Shown: positions 20,023-29,574, counted from the stretch's first letter. The stretch: DNA of 64,000 bases from Candidatus Poribacteria bacterium (GCA_965198235.1 OZ240248.1:704001-768000); one strand, 5' to 3'. Numbers and translations are program-made. Notes: a model not told the origin generated them from the letters alone.

Positions 20023-21957
20023 TTAACTTTCGACTGGGATCTCCGACATTAATTTTTGTGCTTCGCTTACCATTTTTGTTGGTGTAGACATTTTTTCACC
20101 GACTGCTAAGATTAACGTGTAAAAGTCATAAGCGGTTTGTAATTCATCATTGAGATGAGCACTTTCAGCAGCGTTAAAATAACAGACGGTTGCCATCCGA
20201 TGGCATTCTTCGACGAGCGATGGCAAGTTCGCGTAGCCGTGGTTGTAAGCGGCGAGGATATAAGATTTTCCTGCTTCTTCCCATGAACGCTGTAGTTCGA
20301 ATTGACGTGCCAAGCGCGTGTAATAAATCCCACCTTTTTTGGCGGTTTTCTTGGCGAGACGCTGCTTCTCTGCGACTGTGTAAGCGAAGCGAGCGCGCGT
20401 ATAACAGTTGGCGACGAGTTCTAAATCGTCTTTCTTGACAAAGTTGTTAGCCTGTTTTTGATAGAATCTACCGAGCCTTCTATAAAGTACGTGGCACTGC
20501 CGGGTCCGCCCCTGTTGTTCATAGATTTGAATTTGCCGGAAGATACGAAATGCTTCTACTTCATGTGGATATTGGATGTCGCTGTGAACCTGATCGAGTA
20601 GGAATTCCGGGGATGCCTCCTCAATTACGAGTCGATAACTGCCGGTTGCCCTAACGCGAGGTCGTATGGGTGTTATATCTGTTGTTTCTTCTGGTACTGG
20701 TATTTGATGCTCAAGCCATGTACGAAGGACAATGCTTTCATTCTCCGGTAATTTCTGAATGAGTGTAACAATTTCCTCAACTGTCGGGTTTGCTGGAAAG
20801 ACCATGTTCGCGGCACTGAGATCTTCAAAGAGATTATCTACAGTTTTGGTTAAACCCTGATCGTCGATATAGAGACAACTTGCTTTGTGGAGTTCTAATA
20901 GTACGCTTCGAAAGTCTTGGTTTTCGATGTAACGTGCGGCGAGTGTATAGTGTCTTTGAACTTGGGTTGCCAACTTCTCGCGTTTACTATTTTCCTCTTT
21001 CTGCCGTCGTTGAAAAAAGAGGTTTTGATTCATCCGTTCCGCGTCTGCAAGCGAGAGGCGAAACGTTTTACGGTATCGTTCAAGTGCTTCTGCTAATCTT
21101 GGATTGTTGGAATTAACGCTCGCGTCAATAAGTTGGGAAGCTTGTTTAACATACTCATCTTGGCGAATCCGATCCAGTTCTTCGTACATCTCATCCGCAC
21201 TCTGATGGCGTTCTGAGAGTTGTCGGTGAAGTGCTTTTTGTAGGAAATTGCGGAGTACTTCGGGACATCTATGGATTTCTTCTATTTCTCCGGCTGCTTT
21301 CTTTTTATCCATTTCCTTGTTTTTACCTGAAAATGGGAATCGCCCGGTTACAGCTTGATACAAGATGAGTGCTGTCGAATAGAGATCTGCACGATAGTCA
21401 TAAGCTCCGTAGTGTTGTTCGGGTGCCATGTAACGTCGGGTGCCAGCCATGGTTTCAGCGAATTCAGTGGTTTCGCCAAATATACGAGCGATGCTAAAGT
21501 CAGCGACTTTTGCTTCTTTTTCGGTTGTGAGTAAGATATTTTGCGGTTTGATATCGCGATGCATAATCTTGTGAGCATGCGCAGTTTTTAGCCCACGACA
21601 AATGTCTAAGCCGATATTGAGCGTATCTGTTAGACTGAGTGCGCCCTCCTGCATTAGATCGTGAAGACTCTTGCCCTCAACATATTCCATCACTATCCAC
21701 GCGACATAGTCATTTTCGCCGGGTTCAACGGTATGAATGGAGACGATATTTGGTTCTCCCCAAATCTTCGACATTGCTTGAAATTCGGTCAGCAAAAACT
21801 TCATTCTACTGGCAGGATAGGCGGTTTTTGCTAAGGCTTTAATAGCAACAATTCGATTCGTCATCTCTTCGCGGGCGCGAAAAACCGAGGAGAATCCCCC
21901 TGAATTGAGAAACTCAAGCAATCTATATTTACCTAAGATTAGTTGGTCAATCTGCAT
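20023..21957 (-). CDS. Hanks-type Ser/Thr protein kinase with helical-repeat C-terminus
   Basis: SGGFSSV, VAIK, HRDIKPQN, DFS, GTRRYMAPEQ; no TM segment seen. Confidence 0.9.
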   Translation of the reverse strand: MQIDQLILGKYRLLEFLNSGGFSSVFRAREEMTNRIVAIKALAKTAYPASRMKFLLTEFQAMSKIWGEPNIVSIHTVEPGENDYVAWIVMEYVEGKSLHDLMQEGALSLTDTLNIGLDICRGLKTAHAHKIMHRDIKPQNILLTTEKEAKVADFSIARIFGETTEFAETMAGTRRYMAPEQHYGAYDYRADLYSTALILYQAVTGRFPFSGKNKEMDKKKAAGEIEEIHRCPEVLRNFLQKALHRQLSERHQSADEMYEELDRIRQDEYVKQASQLIDASVNSNNPRLAEALERYRKTFRLSLADAERMNQNLFFQRRQKEENSKREKLATQVQRHYTLAARYIENQDFRSVLLELHKASCLYIDDQGLTKTVDNLFEDLSAANMVFPANPTVEEIVTLIQKLPENESIVLRTWLEHQIPVPEETTDITPIRPRVRATGSYRLVIEEASPEFLLDQVHSDIQYPHEVEAFRIFRQIQIYEQQGRTRQCHVLYRRLGRFYQKQANNFVKKDDLELVANCYTRARFAYTVAEKQRLAKKTAKKGGIYYTRLARQFELQRSWEEAGKSYILAAYNHGYANLPSLVEECHRMATVCYFNAAESAHLNDELQTAYDFYTLILAVGEKMSTPTKMVSEAQKLMSEIPVES

Positions 21958-22051
21958 AATGGACGCTCAAAGGGGACAGAGTATACGTCTTAGTAATAAA
22001 ATTAACAGAATTAAGATTAATTGTCAACATAAAAATACATTTTTAACAAAT

Positions 22052-22711
22052 CTAAACTGAATTAGAGCCTGAACGGGCGCGTTGTACCTCCTTGACCAGT
22101 TCCTCAGCTCTCTCCGTGAGGATTGCGAATTCACCAGCTGCAATGAGTTGATTGTTAACAAGAGCACTTCCGACCCCCAAAGCGGTTGCACCGGCTGTGA
22201 TAAAATCAGCCGCGTTTTCCGCATTGATGCCACCTGTTGGAACCAGCGGGATCTGTGGCAGCGGAGCTTTCACATCTTTTATATAGTCGGCACCGACACC
22301 GCTTGATGGGAACACCTTCACATAGTCTGCTCCAGTCTCCCATGCCATCAAGATTTCCGTTGGCGTAAATGCACCGGGGATAACAACTTTACCGTAGCGG
22401 TTACAAATCTCGATTACATCCGGCTTTGTAACCGGACTGACGACAAAATCAGCACCTGATAACATCACAGCACGTGCTGTTTCTGCGTCTAATACCGATC
22501 CAGCACCTACAAGAACCGTATCTCCATACGTCGACGAAACGTCGTTAATCACTTGTAACGCGTTCGGCGTTGTCATCGTCACTTCAATTACGTTAACACC
22601 ACCCGCATGGATTGCCGCCGCTGCTTCAATCAATTCATTTGCACTATTGGCACGAATGATAGCAACAATACCACATGCTTCAATCTGTTGCATCTGTTCT
22701 AATTTTGTCAT
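22052..22711 (-). CDS. eda: KDPG/KHG aldolase
   Basis: IEVTMTTP, GAGSV, F.VSP, TPTEI, KVFP, PTGG. Confidence 0.9.
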   Translation of the reverse strand: MTKLEQMQQIEACGIVAIIRANSANELIEAAAAIHAGGVNVIEVTMTTPNALQVINDVSSTYGDTVLVGAGSVLDAETARAVMLSGADFVVSPVTKPDVIEICNRYGKVVIPGAFTPTEILMAWETGADYVKVFPSSGVGADYIKDVKAPLPQIPLVPTGGINAENAADFITAGATALGVGSALVNNQLIAAGEFAILTERAEELVKEVQRARSGSNSV

Positions 22712-22929
22712 AGACACTCTCAAAATTAACACTATTTGTTTGGGGTTAAAGGTATTTCTTAATGTTGGCTTACAAACGACATCTACAAAAGGTAATATTT
22801 TTGTTGCGATTTTTTTGTCAATATGTTATCATTAAATAAATGCCCAGATTACAAATTACCGCTGATTCAGTGCACTTAATAGCAATTTTCGGCATGCGGT
22901 TCCGCCGAAAAATTGTTTTCTAAAAAAGA

Positions 22930-24273
22930 ATGGAAGTTGTTCCACTACTCCCCTATCTGATCGGTTTAACAGGGTTACTCGTCCTCTCGGGCTTCTTCTC
23001 CGGCTCCGAGACGGCTTTATGCGCACTTACCCGCGTCCAAATTGAAAAGCTCCGTCTTGAAAAGGGCAACGCGTCTGCAATAGTCAGTTTTGTTGACAAC
23101 CCACGCAGACTGTTTATCACCGTTCTACTCGGTAATAATCTTGTCAATGTCGCTTTCGCGATCCTCATGCTATGGCTTGTTAAACGAGTGCTCCCGCAAT
23201 ATACAGAAGTGCCCCAGTTCGCTGCAGCCACAGCCCTTAGTGTCATCCTTATGCTTATTTTCGGTGAAATGACTCCGAAAACTTACGCGATTAAGCATGC
23301 GGAATTTTTTTCAAAAATCGCCGCGCCACCGCTATGGATATTTTCCATTATCATTTCACCCTTACGTGGCTTGCTACGCAGAATCATTGACTTCCTTGTT
23401 CCAGTATTTGGCGGACACCCGGCACCTACGGAACACCTCACGGCGACAGATTTTAGAGACATTGTCGATACCTACCACGAAGAAGCACTGCCCCCCGATG
23501 AACGGGAAATTGTGAGCAATATCCTCCAATTGCGTGACATCGAAGCAAAAGAGATTATGGTGCCGCGGACCGAAGTCGTTGCAGTCCCGACCTCAAACAC
23601 TATTCAAGAAACATTAAAGCAAGCAAAGGAATATGGGTTTTCACGCATTCCGGTCTATCAAGAGCAAATTGATAATATCTGTGGCATCTTCTATGTCAAA
23701 GATTTAGCACGCTGGGGACACGCCGCTGTGAATTCGCTTACAATTGATGCTTTCCTCGAAAAACGGGATCAGATTTCTGAAGCCCCGTCTAATGCCTCCC
23801 TCATTCGCGAACCCATCTTCGTCCTTGAGACCCGTAAGATCGGGATATTGCTACTACAACTCACACGCGAAAAAACCAAAATGGCGATTCTCCGAGATGA
23901 GTATGGAGGTGTTTCAGGAATTGTCACGACCGAAGACATTATTGAACAGGTCGTTGGAGATATCGTCGATGAACACGATAAAGATGATTCTCCACCTGAC
24001 CTTGTCAAACATTCTGAAGCACCGTTGTTACTTGAAACTTCTGGACGTATGAGCATCCGCGAACTCAATCAGCAATTTGAACTAAAACTCAGCGAAGATG
24101 ACGTAGACACTATCGGTGGCTATGTCCTCGGACTCTTTGGTCGCATTCCCTCCGTTGGCGAATCCTACATTGACGAGAACGGTATCGAATTTGAAATTAC
24201 CGCTACAGAAGGCAATGCTATTACAGGTTTATTCATCAAAATGCCGGTTACTGACGGCAAAACTGAAGTGTAA
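22930..24273 (+). CDS. CNNM (DUF21)-CBS-CorC transporter, TlyC/CorB family
   Basis: FFSGSETA, GEMTPK, MVPR, FSRIPVY, DEYGG, EDIIE. Confidence 0.9.
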   Translation: MEVVPLLPYLIGLTGLLVLSGFFSGSETALCALTRVQIEKLRLEKGNASAIVSFVDNPRRLFITVLLGNNLVNVAFAILMLWLVKRVLPQYTEVPQFAAATALSVILMLIFGEMTPKTYAIKHAEFFSKIAAPPLWIFSIIISPLRGLLRRIIDFLVPVFGGHPAPTEHLTATDFRDIVDTYHEEALPPDEREIVSNILQLRDIEAKEIMVPRTEVVAVPTSNTIQETLKQAKEYGFSRIPVYQEQIDNICGIFYVKDLARWGHAAVNSLTIDAFLEKRDQISEAPSNASLIREPIFVLETRKIGILLLQLTREKTKMAILRDEYGGVSGIVTTEDIIEQVVGDIVDEHDKDDSPPDLVKHSEAPLLLETSGRMSIRELNQQFELKLSEDDVDTIGGYVLGLFGRIPSVGESYIDENGIEFEITATEGNAITGLFIKMPVTDGKTEV

Positions 24274-24300
24274 CAACAACGGATACCGGATACGAAGCAA

Positions 24301-25662
24301 TTGAAAATTCTTCTATTATCGATCTTTTTAATCGGTGCGAGTAGCACAGAACAGATAGCTGTGTTAAGTTCACTTGTGATGGCAGTTCTTGTCTGCCTCG
24401 TCCTATCAGCTTTTTACTCTGGTTCGGAAACAGCACTTGTCTCCGTGAACAAACTCCGAATTAATCAACTCGTTGAATCCGAGAATGCCAGAGCGAGCAT
24501 CGTTTATCGTTTAGTAGAATCGCCCCAGAGAATGCTCGCACTTACACTGGTCGGGACGAATCTTGCAAATGTGCTTATTGCACAACTCGGTGAAGGGCTT
24601 GTTGCCCGAGGACTCCCGAACCTTGCAGTAAGTCTACAGGGACTCATTGCAACGGTTGGTATAACCACTCTACTCCTTATCTTTGGAGAAATTTTACCGA
24701 AAACTATCTTTCGTGTCAAGGCAGATACCTTGGCACTCCGCTACGCCTATCTCTTACGCCTTTCTGAAGTGGTTTTAGCTCCTCTTATTTACCTTGTGCA
24801 AACTTTGACACAGTTTATCATCAAACTCATAGATAGAGGGGCAAGCACACCGAGTCCTGATGCGCAGCGTGAAGAGTTACGACTTCTCGCAACAATGGGG
24901 GAACGTTCCGGCAACCTGCACACCGACCAGCGGCGTATGATTCATAGTCTGCTCAATCTACAAAACCGGACGGTTGCACAGGTCATGGTGCCGCTTGTCG
25001 ACATCGTTGCGATTGAGAAAAATACAAAATGCGAAGATTTTTTGCAAATCGCTGCTGACTCTGGCTTTTCAAGGATTCCGGTCTACGAAGAACAAATCTA
25101 TAATATCGTTGGGATTGTTAACCTCCTGGATGTTATTTATAATGACGTTGAATCAGAGGCGAATTCAAATCCTCGCGAAAAATCAGATACCCTGCCTAAC
25201 ACGATTGAACCTTTCATCCGAACAGCGTTGCACGTACCTGAATCTAAAAACATTAATGCTCTTCTCAAAGAGATCCAGCATACCCGGCATACAATGGTAT
25301 TTGCCGTTGATGAATATGGCGGCACCGTTGGTCTTGTCACGATCGAAGACCTTGTCGAAGAAATCGTCGGCGAATTTGCCGATGAACGCGATGCCCCCGA
25401 ATTTATCCGTTTGATTACGCCTCAGATCCTTGAATGTGATGCAAGAACTGAAGTAGATTTGCTTGAAGAACACTATGGACTCGCAATCCCCGAAGGTGAT
25501 TATGAGACGGTTGCTGGCTATATTCTGGATCGGACCGGCACTATTCCAGAAATTGGCACCGAACTCGACTTGGGTGATTCTATCATCACAGTTATAGATG
25601 CTGACGCACGTGCTATCCGCAAGATTCGCATTCGGCGACGACTCGGACGTTTTACCGCTTAG
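24301..25662 (+). CDS. Second CNNM-CBS-CorC transporter
   Basis: SGSETA, GEILPK, FSRIPVY, DEYGG, EDLVEEIVGE; TTG start uncertain. Confidence 0.88.
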   Translation: MKILLLSIFLIGASSTEQIAVLSSLVMAVLVCLVLSAFYSGSETALVSVNKLRINQLVESENARASIVYRLVESPQRMLALTLVGTNLANVLIAQLGEGLVARGLPNLAVSLQGLIATVGITTLLLIFGEILPKTIFRVKADTLALRYAYLLRLSEVVLAPLIYLVQTLTQFIIKLIDRGASTPSPDAQREELRLLATMGERSGNLHTDQRRMIHSLLNLQNRTVAQVMVPLVDIVAIEKNTKCEDFLQIAADSGFSRIPVYEEQIYNIVGIVNLLDVIYNDVESEANSNPREKSDTLPNTIEPFIRTALHVPESKNINALLKEIQHTRHTMVFAVDEYGGTVGLVTIEDLVEEIVGEFADERDAPEFIRLITPQILECDARTEVDLLEEHYGLAIPEGDYETVAGYILDRTGTIPEIGTELDLGDSIITVIDADARAIRKIRIRRRLGRFTA

Positions 25663-26423
25663 AGAATTCCGAGCGGCGGCATTACAACAATTTCTTCAGT
25701 CACCATACCGGGCGGTTGCTGACAAACGGAGACAACCGTACCAGCAACATGTTCTGGTGTTAACATCTGTTCAAAGTCCGGGTGTTCCGGCACATCGTCC
25801 CAAAATGGGGTGTGCACCGACCCAGGTAACACAGCGGTAACTCGAATATTCTGTTGTCGGACTTCACTGGCTAAAACCTTTGTCAGTGCTAACGCACCTG
25901 CTTTCGCTGCACAATACGCGCTTGAAGCTTCAAATGCGACTTTCGCGGCGATTGAAAGTACATTAATAATCTGTCCACTGCCCCGTTCCAACATGGACGG
26001 AAGCACATACTTTGCGCAGAGATAAACAGCCTTTAAATTGGAATTGAGTACCGCATCCCAATCGTCAGGATCGAAATCAACGACTGGTCCGAAATAACCG
26101 ATTCCTGCATTGTTGATTAGAATATCCACATGTTGGTAAACATCTAATGTACGCTGGATGAGTTGTTTCACAGCATCGGCGTTGGTAACGTCTGTTGGAA
26201 CAACGAGTATGGAATCGGGGTTAGAAACCCCTCCTACTTTAAGCTCCACTGCGACCTGTTCAAGTGTCTCACGTGTTCGCGCAGCGAGCACCACTTTCGC
26301 GCCCGCTGTGGCAAAAGCGAAAGCGATTGCTTTACCAATCCCTTTTGATGCTCCAGTAATTACCGTGACTTTTCCGTCAAGTCTTCCTATTTCTGACACA
26401 TTGGGATGGTCGGGAGAAACCAT
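25659..26423 (-). CDS. SDR oxidoreductase, probable Chlorobium-type sepiapterin reductase
   Basis: TGASKGIG, NNAGIGYFG, YCAAK, PGSVHTPFW; GGAGGTG RBS before ATG 26423; downstream of folE and PTPS. SDR call firm, substrate inferred. Confidence 0.75.
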   Translation of the reverse strand: MVSPDHPNVSEIGRLDGKVTVITGASKGIGKAIAFAFATAGAKVVLAARTRETLEQVAVELKVGGVSNPDSILVVPTDVTNADAVKQLIQRTLDVYQHVDILINNAGIGYFGPVVDFDPDDWDAVLNSNLKAVYLCAKYVLPSMLERGSGQIINVLSIAAKVAFEASSAYCAAKAGALALTKVLASEVRQQNIRVTAVLPGSVHTPFWDDVPEHPDFEQMLTPEHVAGTVVSVCQQPPGMVTEEIVVMPPLGIL

Positions 26424-26700
26424 ATCCACCTCCGCATTTTTTAAACTATGAGTCCCTGGGCATCGCTCCAAATGTAAAGCAAAGACAAATTATGCCATTT
26501 AAGGCATAATTTCGTTCCACGATGGTATCTGGTGGTTTTCAACGCGACTGAGGATCTGTACGATTCTTAACCCACACGCCCCGATTTTAGGTGTGGTTGC
26601 GAAGACCACCGTTTGTAAAAGGCAGTACTTTAAAGACACATTGTCAAAGGTGTTAGCGATCCACCAGTAGGAGAAGGATGCGTAAGCCCTGAGAAATATA

Positions 26701-27279
26701 TTAGGATATTTGAATGCACCTCAAAAACTCAGCGCGCGTTGAACTATCCTCACGGAATGTCCCCCGCATGACATTCGTTGTCATTTTCGGTGCTTGCTTT
26801 TCGACACCGCGTGCCATCATACACAAGTGTTGCCCCTCCATTACTACCGCGACACCTCGCGGGTCGAGTGCGGTTTCGAGTGATTCGGCAATCTCACGCG
26901 TGAGACGTTCCTGAACTTGCAACCGACGGGAAAACATATCCACGATCCGTGGGATTTTACTCAAGCCAATAATTCGGTTCCGTGGGAGATACCCAACGTG
27001 ACATTTGCCCCAAAAGGGGAGAATATGGTGTTCACAGAGACTGTAAAATTCAATTTCTTTCACAATCACCATTTCGTCATAATCTTCGTCAAAGATGGCT
27101 CCATTCAGAATTTCATCAACGCTTTGATGGTAGCCCTTTGTCAAAAATTCCATTGCTTTCGCGGCACGATATGGTGTTTTCACTAAGCCCTGACGACTCG
27201 GATCCTCGCCCAAACTTTCAAGAATTTTGGTAAAGAGTCCTTCTAACTCTGGGGTAACATTAGCCTGATTAAACTCCAT
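26701..27279 (-). CDS. folE: GTP cyclohydrolase I
   Basis: GLVKTPYR, SLCEHHILPF, GLSK, RLQVQERL, HLCMMARG. Confidence 0.96.
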   Translation of the reverse strand: MEFNQANVTPELEGLFTKILESLGEDPSRQGLVKTPYRAAKAMEFLTKGYHQSVDEILNGAIFDEDYDEMVIVKEIEFYSLCEHHILPFWGKCHVGYLPRNRIIGLSKIPRIVDMFSRRLQVQERLTREIAESLETALDPRGVAVVMEGQHLCMMARGVEKQAPKMTTNVMRGTFREDSSTRAEFLRCIQIS

Positions 27280-27341
27280 TATGTTAAAATGTGTCTCCAA
27301 TGGGCTGTATTTTCAATGTGCTTACTGGGTAGAAAGATGGA

Positions 27342-28169
27342 TTACTCCCCGTAATAGTCGAAATGGTTTTTGGGTGTCTCTCGCAAGCGGAGGCGATGTA
27401 AAACCACTGGGCACAGATTCGGTTCTAATACGTTCCAAAGCACTTTGACAAAGTTCTCCGAGGTTGGATTGAGGATATCAAACTCGGGCGTGTCGAGATT
27501 CAAATGTTTGTAATCAAAACGCGCATAGACCTGTTTTTGAATAACTTCGTCAAGGTGACTCAGCCCCGCAACCAACCCTGTTCTTGCATCTACGTCGCCC
27601 TTTACAGTAACTTCGAGAACATAGTTATGCCCATGCCCAGCTGGATTATTGCACTTTCCGAATATCTCTCGGTTTTCTTCGTCACTGAGCGCGTGGCTGT
27701 GTAAGCGGTGGGCTGCGCTAAACTCGTAGACTTTAGTAAGATAAACCATCGGTCCTTCCCCATAATAGTCTGCAAAATTTGTTCCACTTTCGTAGAGTCG
27801 CACCCTGTGCAACATCCCTCCTGGCAGAGAAGGCACAAGCCGTTGCCAAATCTCCATAGTAATGTTTTCGCACGTCGGTTGTAGGTGCGGGTTCTTTGCG
27901 AAAATGGGGTGTTGACGGTTTAGATGTTTGTGATCGTAATTGGCGAGTACTTCCCTCTTCAACAATGCGTCCAAGGTCACCAAATTGATTACCATACCGT
28001 CATCCACATCCACACTCCCTTTCACCATTACTTCAAGCACGTAGTTATGCCCGTGGCTATTTGGATTCGCGGCGGCACCGAACAACTCAAAGTTCTCTGC
28101 ATCGCTCAATTCAGGGATACGATTGTAATGTGATGCTTCAAACGCCGTCTGCCGGGTTAAGTAGTACAT
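27342..28169 (-). CDS. Tandem-domain 6-pyruvoyl-tetrahydropterin synthase (PTPS-II type)
   Basis: Two T-fold repeats: FEASH..AANPNSHGHNY..PTCEN and FSAAH..KCNNPAGHGHNY..PTSEN (Cx5HGH in domain 2). Confidence 0.88.
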   Translation of the reverse strand: MYYLTRQTAFEASHYNRIPELSDAENFELFGAAANPNSHGHNYVLEVMVKGSVDVDDGMVINLVTLDALLKREVLANYDHKHLNRQHPIFAKNPHLQPTCENITMEIWQRLVPSLPGGMLHRVRLYESGTNFADYYGEGPMVYLTKVYEFSAAHRLHSHALSDEENREIFGKCNNPAGHGHNYVLEVTVKGDVDARTGLVAGLSHLDEVIQKQVYARFDYKHLNLDTPEFDILNPTSENFVKVLWNVLEPNLCPVVLHRLRLRETPKNHFDYYGE

Positions 28170-28203
28170 CGGTTTCGTGCTGTTACGTTGTGTGCCTAAG
28201 GAT

Positions 28204-28497
28204 CTAAGCAGTGTGCCGCGGAGGTACTACGAGTTCGTTGTCGATTGACTCATATTGAACCGCCATAAGCCATTCGCCTGTCCCGCGTATCTGGACGTTG
28301 CACTTTTTCAACCACTCGATTAAGGTGACACGATTACGTGCTTCCCATTCGCAAACCATTCGTCCTGACAGCGTATCGCACAAGACTCGGATGCTGCTCA
28401 CATCGGCGTTTTCTGCTTCTTTGAAACGCTTCAGTAATCGCGTAACGTCTTGGCGTGTCATGCAGGCAATAGCATGGGTGGAAACAAATTTTGGCAT
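28204..28497 (-). CDS. Small protein resembling the DUF4242/SCO4226 metal-binding family
   Basis: MPKF...H N-terminus and GRMVCEWEA pattern; family call from recall. Confidence 0.5.
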   Translation of the reverse strand: MPKFVSTHAIACMTRQDVTRLLKRFKEAENADVSSIRVLCDTLSGRMVCEWEARNRVTLIEWLKKCNVQIRGTGEWLMAVQYESIDNELVVPPRHTA

Positions 28498-28507
28498 ATT
28501 TTTTAAT

Positions 28508-28614
28508 AGCCATCAGCCGTCGGCTTTCAGCCATTAGAGGGTGAGGTTACAAACCTCGCGAGCGGCGGTTACTGATAGTTCTCACTGCGAAGCAAGCCGA
28601 AGGCTGACAGCCAT
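28508..28614. repeat. Heptamer-flanked REP-like element
   Basis: AGCCATC/AGCCGTC/GGCTTTC arm, central GAGGTTACAAACCTC hairpin, complementary GCCGAAG/GCTGACA arm. Confidence 0.6.
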
Positions 28615-28618
28615 TCCT

Positions 28619-29467
28619 CTAGTCGCGGGCAATGGGTGCTCCGACGAGATTACCCCATTCCGTCCAACTGCCATCATAGTTGCGGACCTTTTCATATCCG
28701 AGCAGATACTTCAACACAAACCATGTGTGCGATGAACGTTCACCAATACGGCAATAAGCAATTGTTTCCTTATTCTCATCAACGCCTTCACCGCCGTAGA
28801 TGGCTTGCAGCTCGTCGTGAGACTTAAAGGTACCGTCTTCAGCCACAGCTGTCGCCCAGGGGATGTTCGCTGCGCCGGGGATATGTCCACCGCGTTGCGC
28901 GGTTTCGTTCATGCCGGGCGGTGCGATAATTTCGCCGGAGAATTCGGCAGGCGAACGGACATCTACAAGGTTAATAACGCCTTGTTCAAGCGTGGGTCGG
29001 ATATTATCCTGTGTGGCGCGAACGTTGTCATCAGGGAATTTCGCCTGATATCCTGTGCTCGAATGATCTGGAACGTCAGTGACAAGTTCTCTACCTTCAT
29101 CGAGCCATTTTTGACGACCCCCGTTCATCACCTTCAACAGACTTTCATCGTGTCCGTAATAGCGGAATTGCCACAAAGCATACGTTGCGAACCAGTTATT
29201 GTTATCTCCATAAAAAATAACAGTGGTATCGGTGGCGATACCGCTGTCATTGCAGAGCACCTCGAACTGTTCTTTCGTGAGGATATCGCGTCGAACCTGA
29301 TCGCACAATTGTGTCTGCCAATTGAGTCCCACTGCACCAGCGATATGTCCTTCAGCATATGCTGAAGTATCAACATCAACCTCAAGCAGTCGGATGCCAG
29401 CATCACCACCATGCTCAGCGACCCATTCCGTACTTACCAAAACATCAGAATTTGCGTAATCAGCCAT
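28619..29467 (-). CDS. Tandem-rhodanese sulfurtransferase (SseA/CysA-like)
   Basis: VSTEWV, GHIAGA, VDVRS, GHIPGA, YCRIGERS, YDGSWTEW. Confidence 0.93.
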   Translation of the reverse strand: MADYANSDVLVSTEWVAEHGGDAGIRLLEVDVDTSAYAEGHIAGAVGLNWQTQLCDQVRRDILTKEQFEVLCNDSGIATDTTVIFYGDNNNWFATYALWQFRYYGHDESLLKVMNGGRQKWLDEGRELVTDVPDHSSTGYQAKFPDDNVRATQDNIRPTLEQGVINLVDVRSPAEFSGEIIAPPGMNETAQRGGHIPGAANIPWATAVAEDGTFKSHDELQAIYGGEGVDENKETIAYCRIGERSSHTWFVLKYLLGYEKVRNYDGSWTEWGNLVGAPIARD

Positions 29468-29574
29468 CAAAATCTTCAGGCTAGGGACTCCATGCTTTAG
29501 CATGGAGAGAAAAGCCTGTCTCCTAAAAGTTGAAAGTTAGTTAATTGTAAAGCTATATCCTCTTGTTGTATCTT

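Noticed and set aside
27342-28169. queD / 7-deazaguanine DNA-modification cluster
   Set aside because: The motif is Cx5HGH, and no queE, queC or dpdA is nearby
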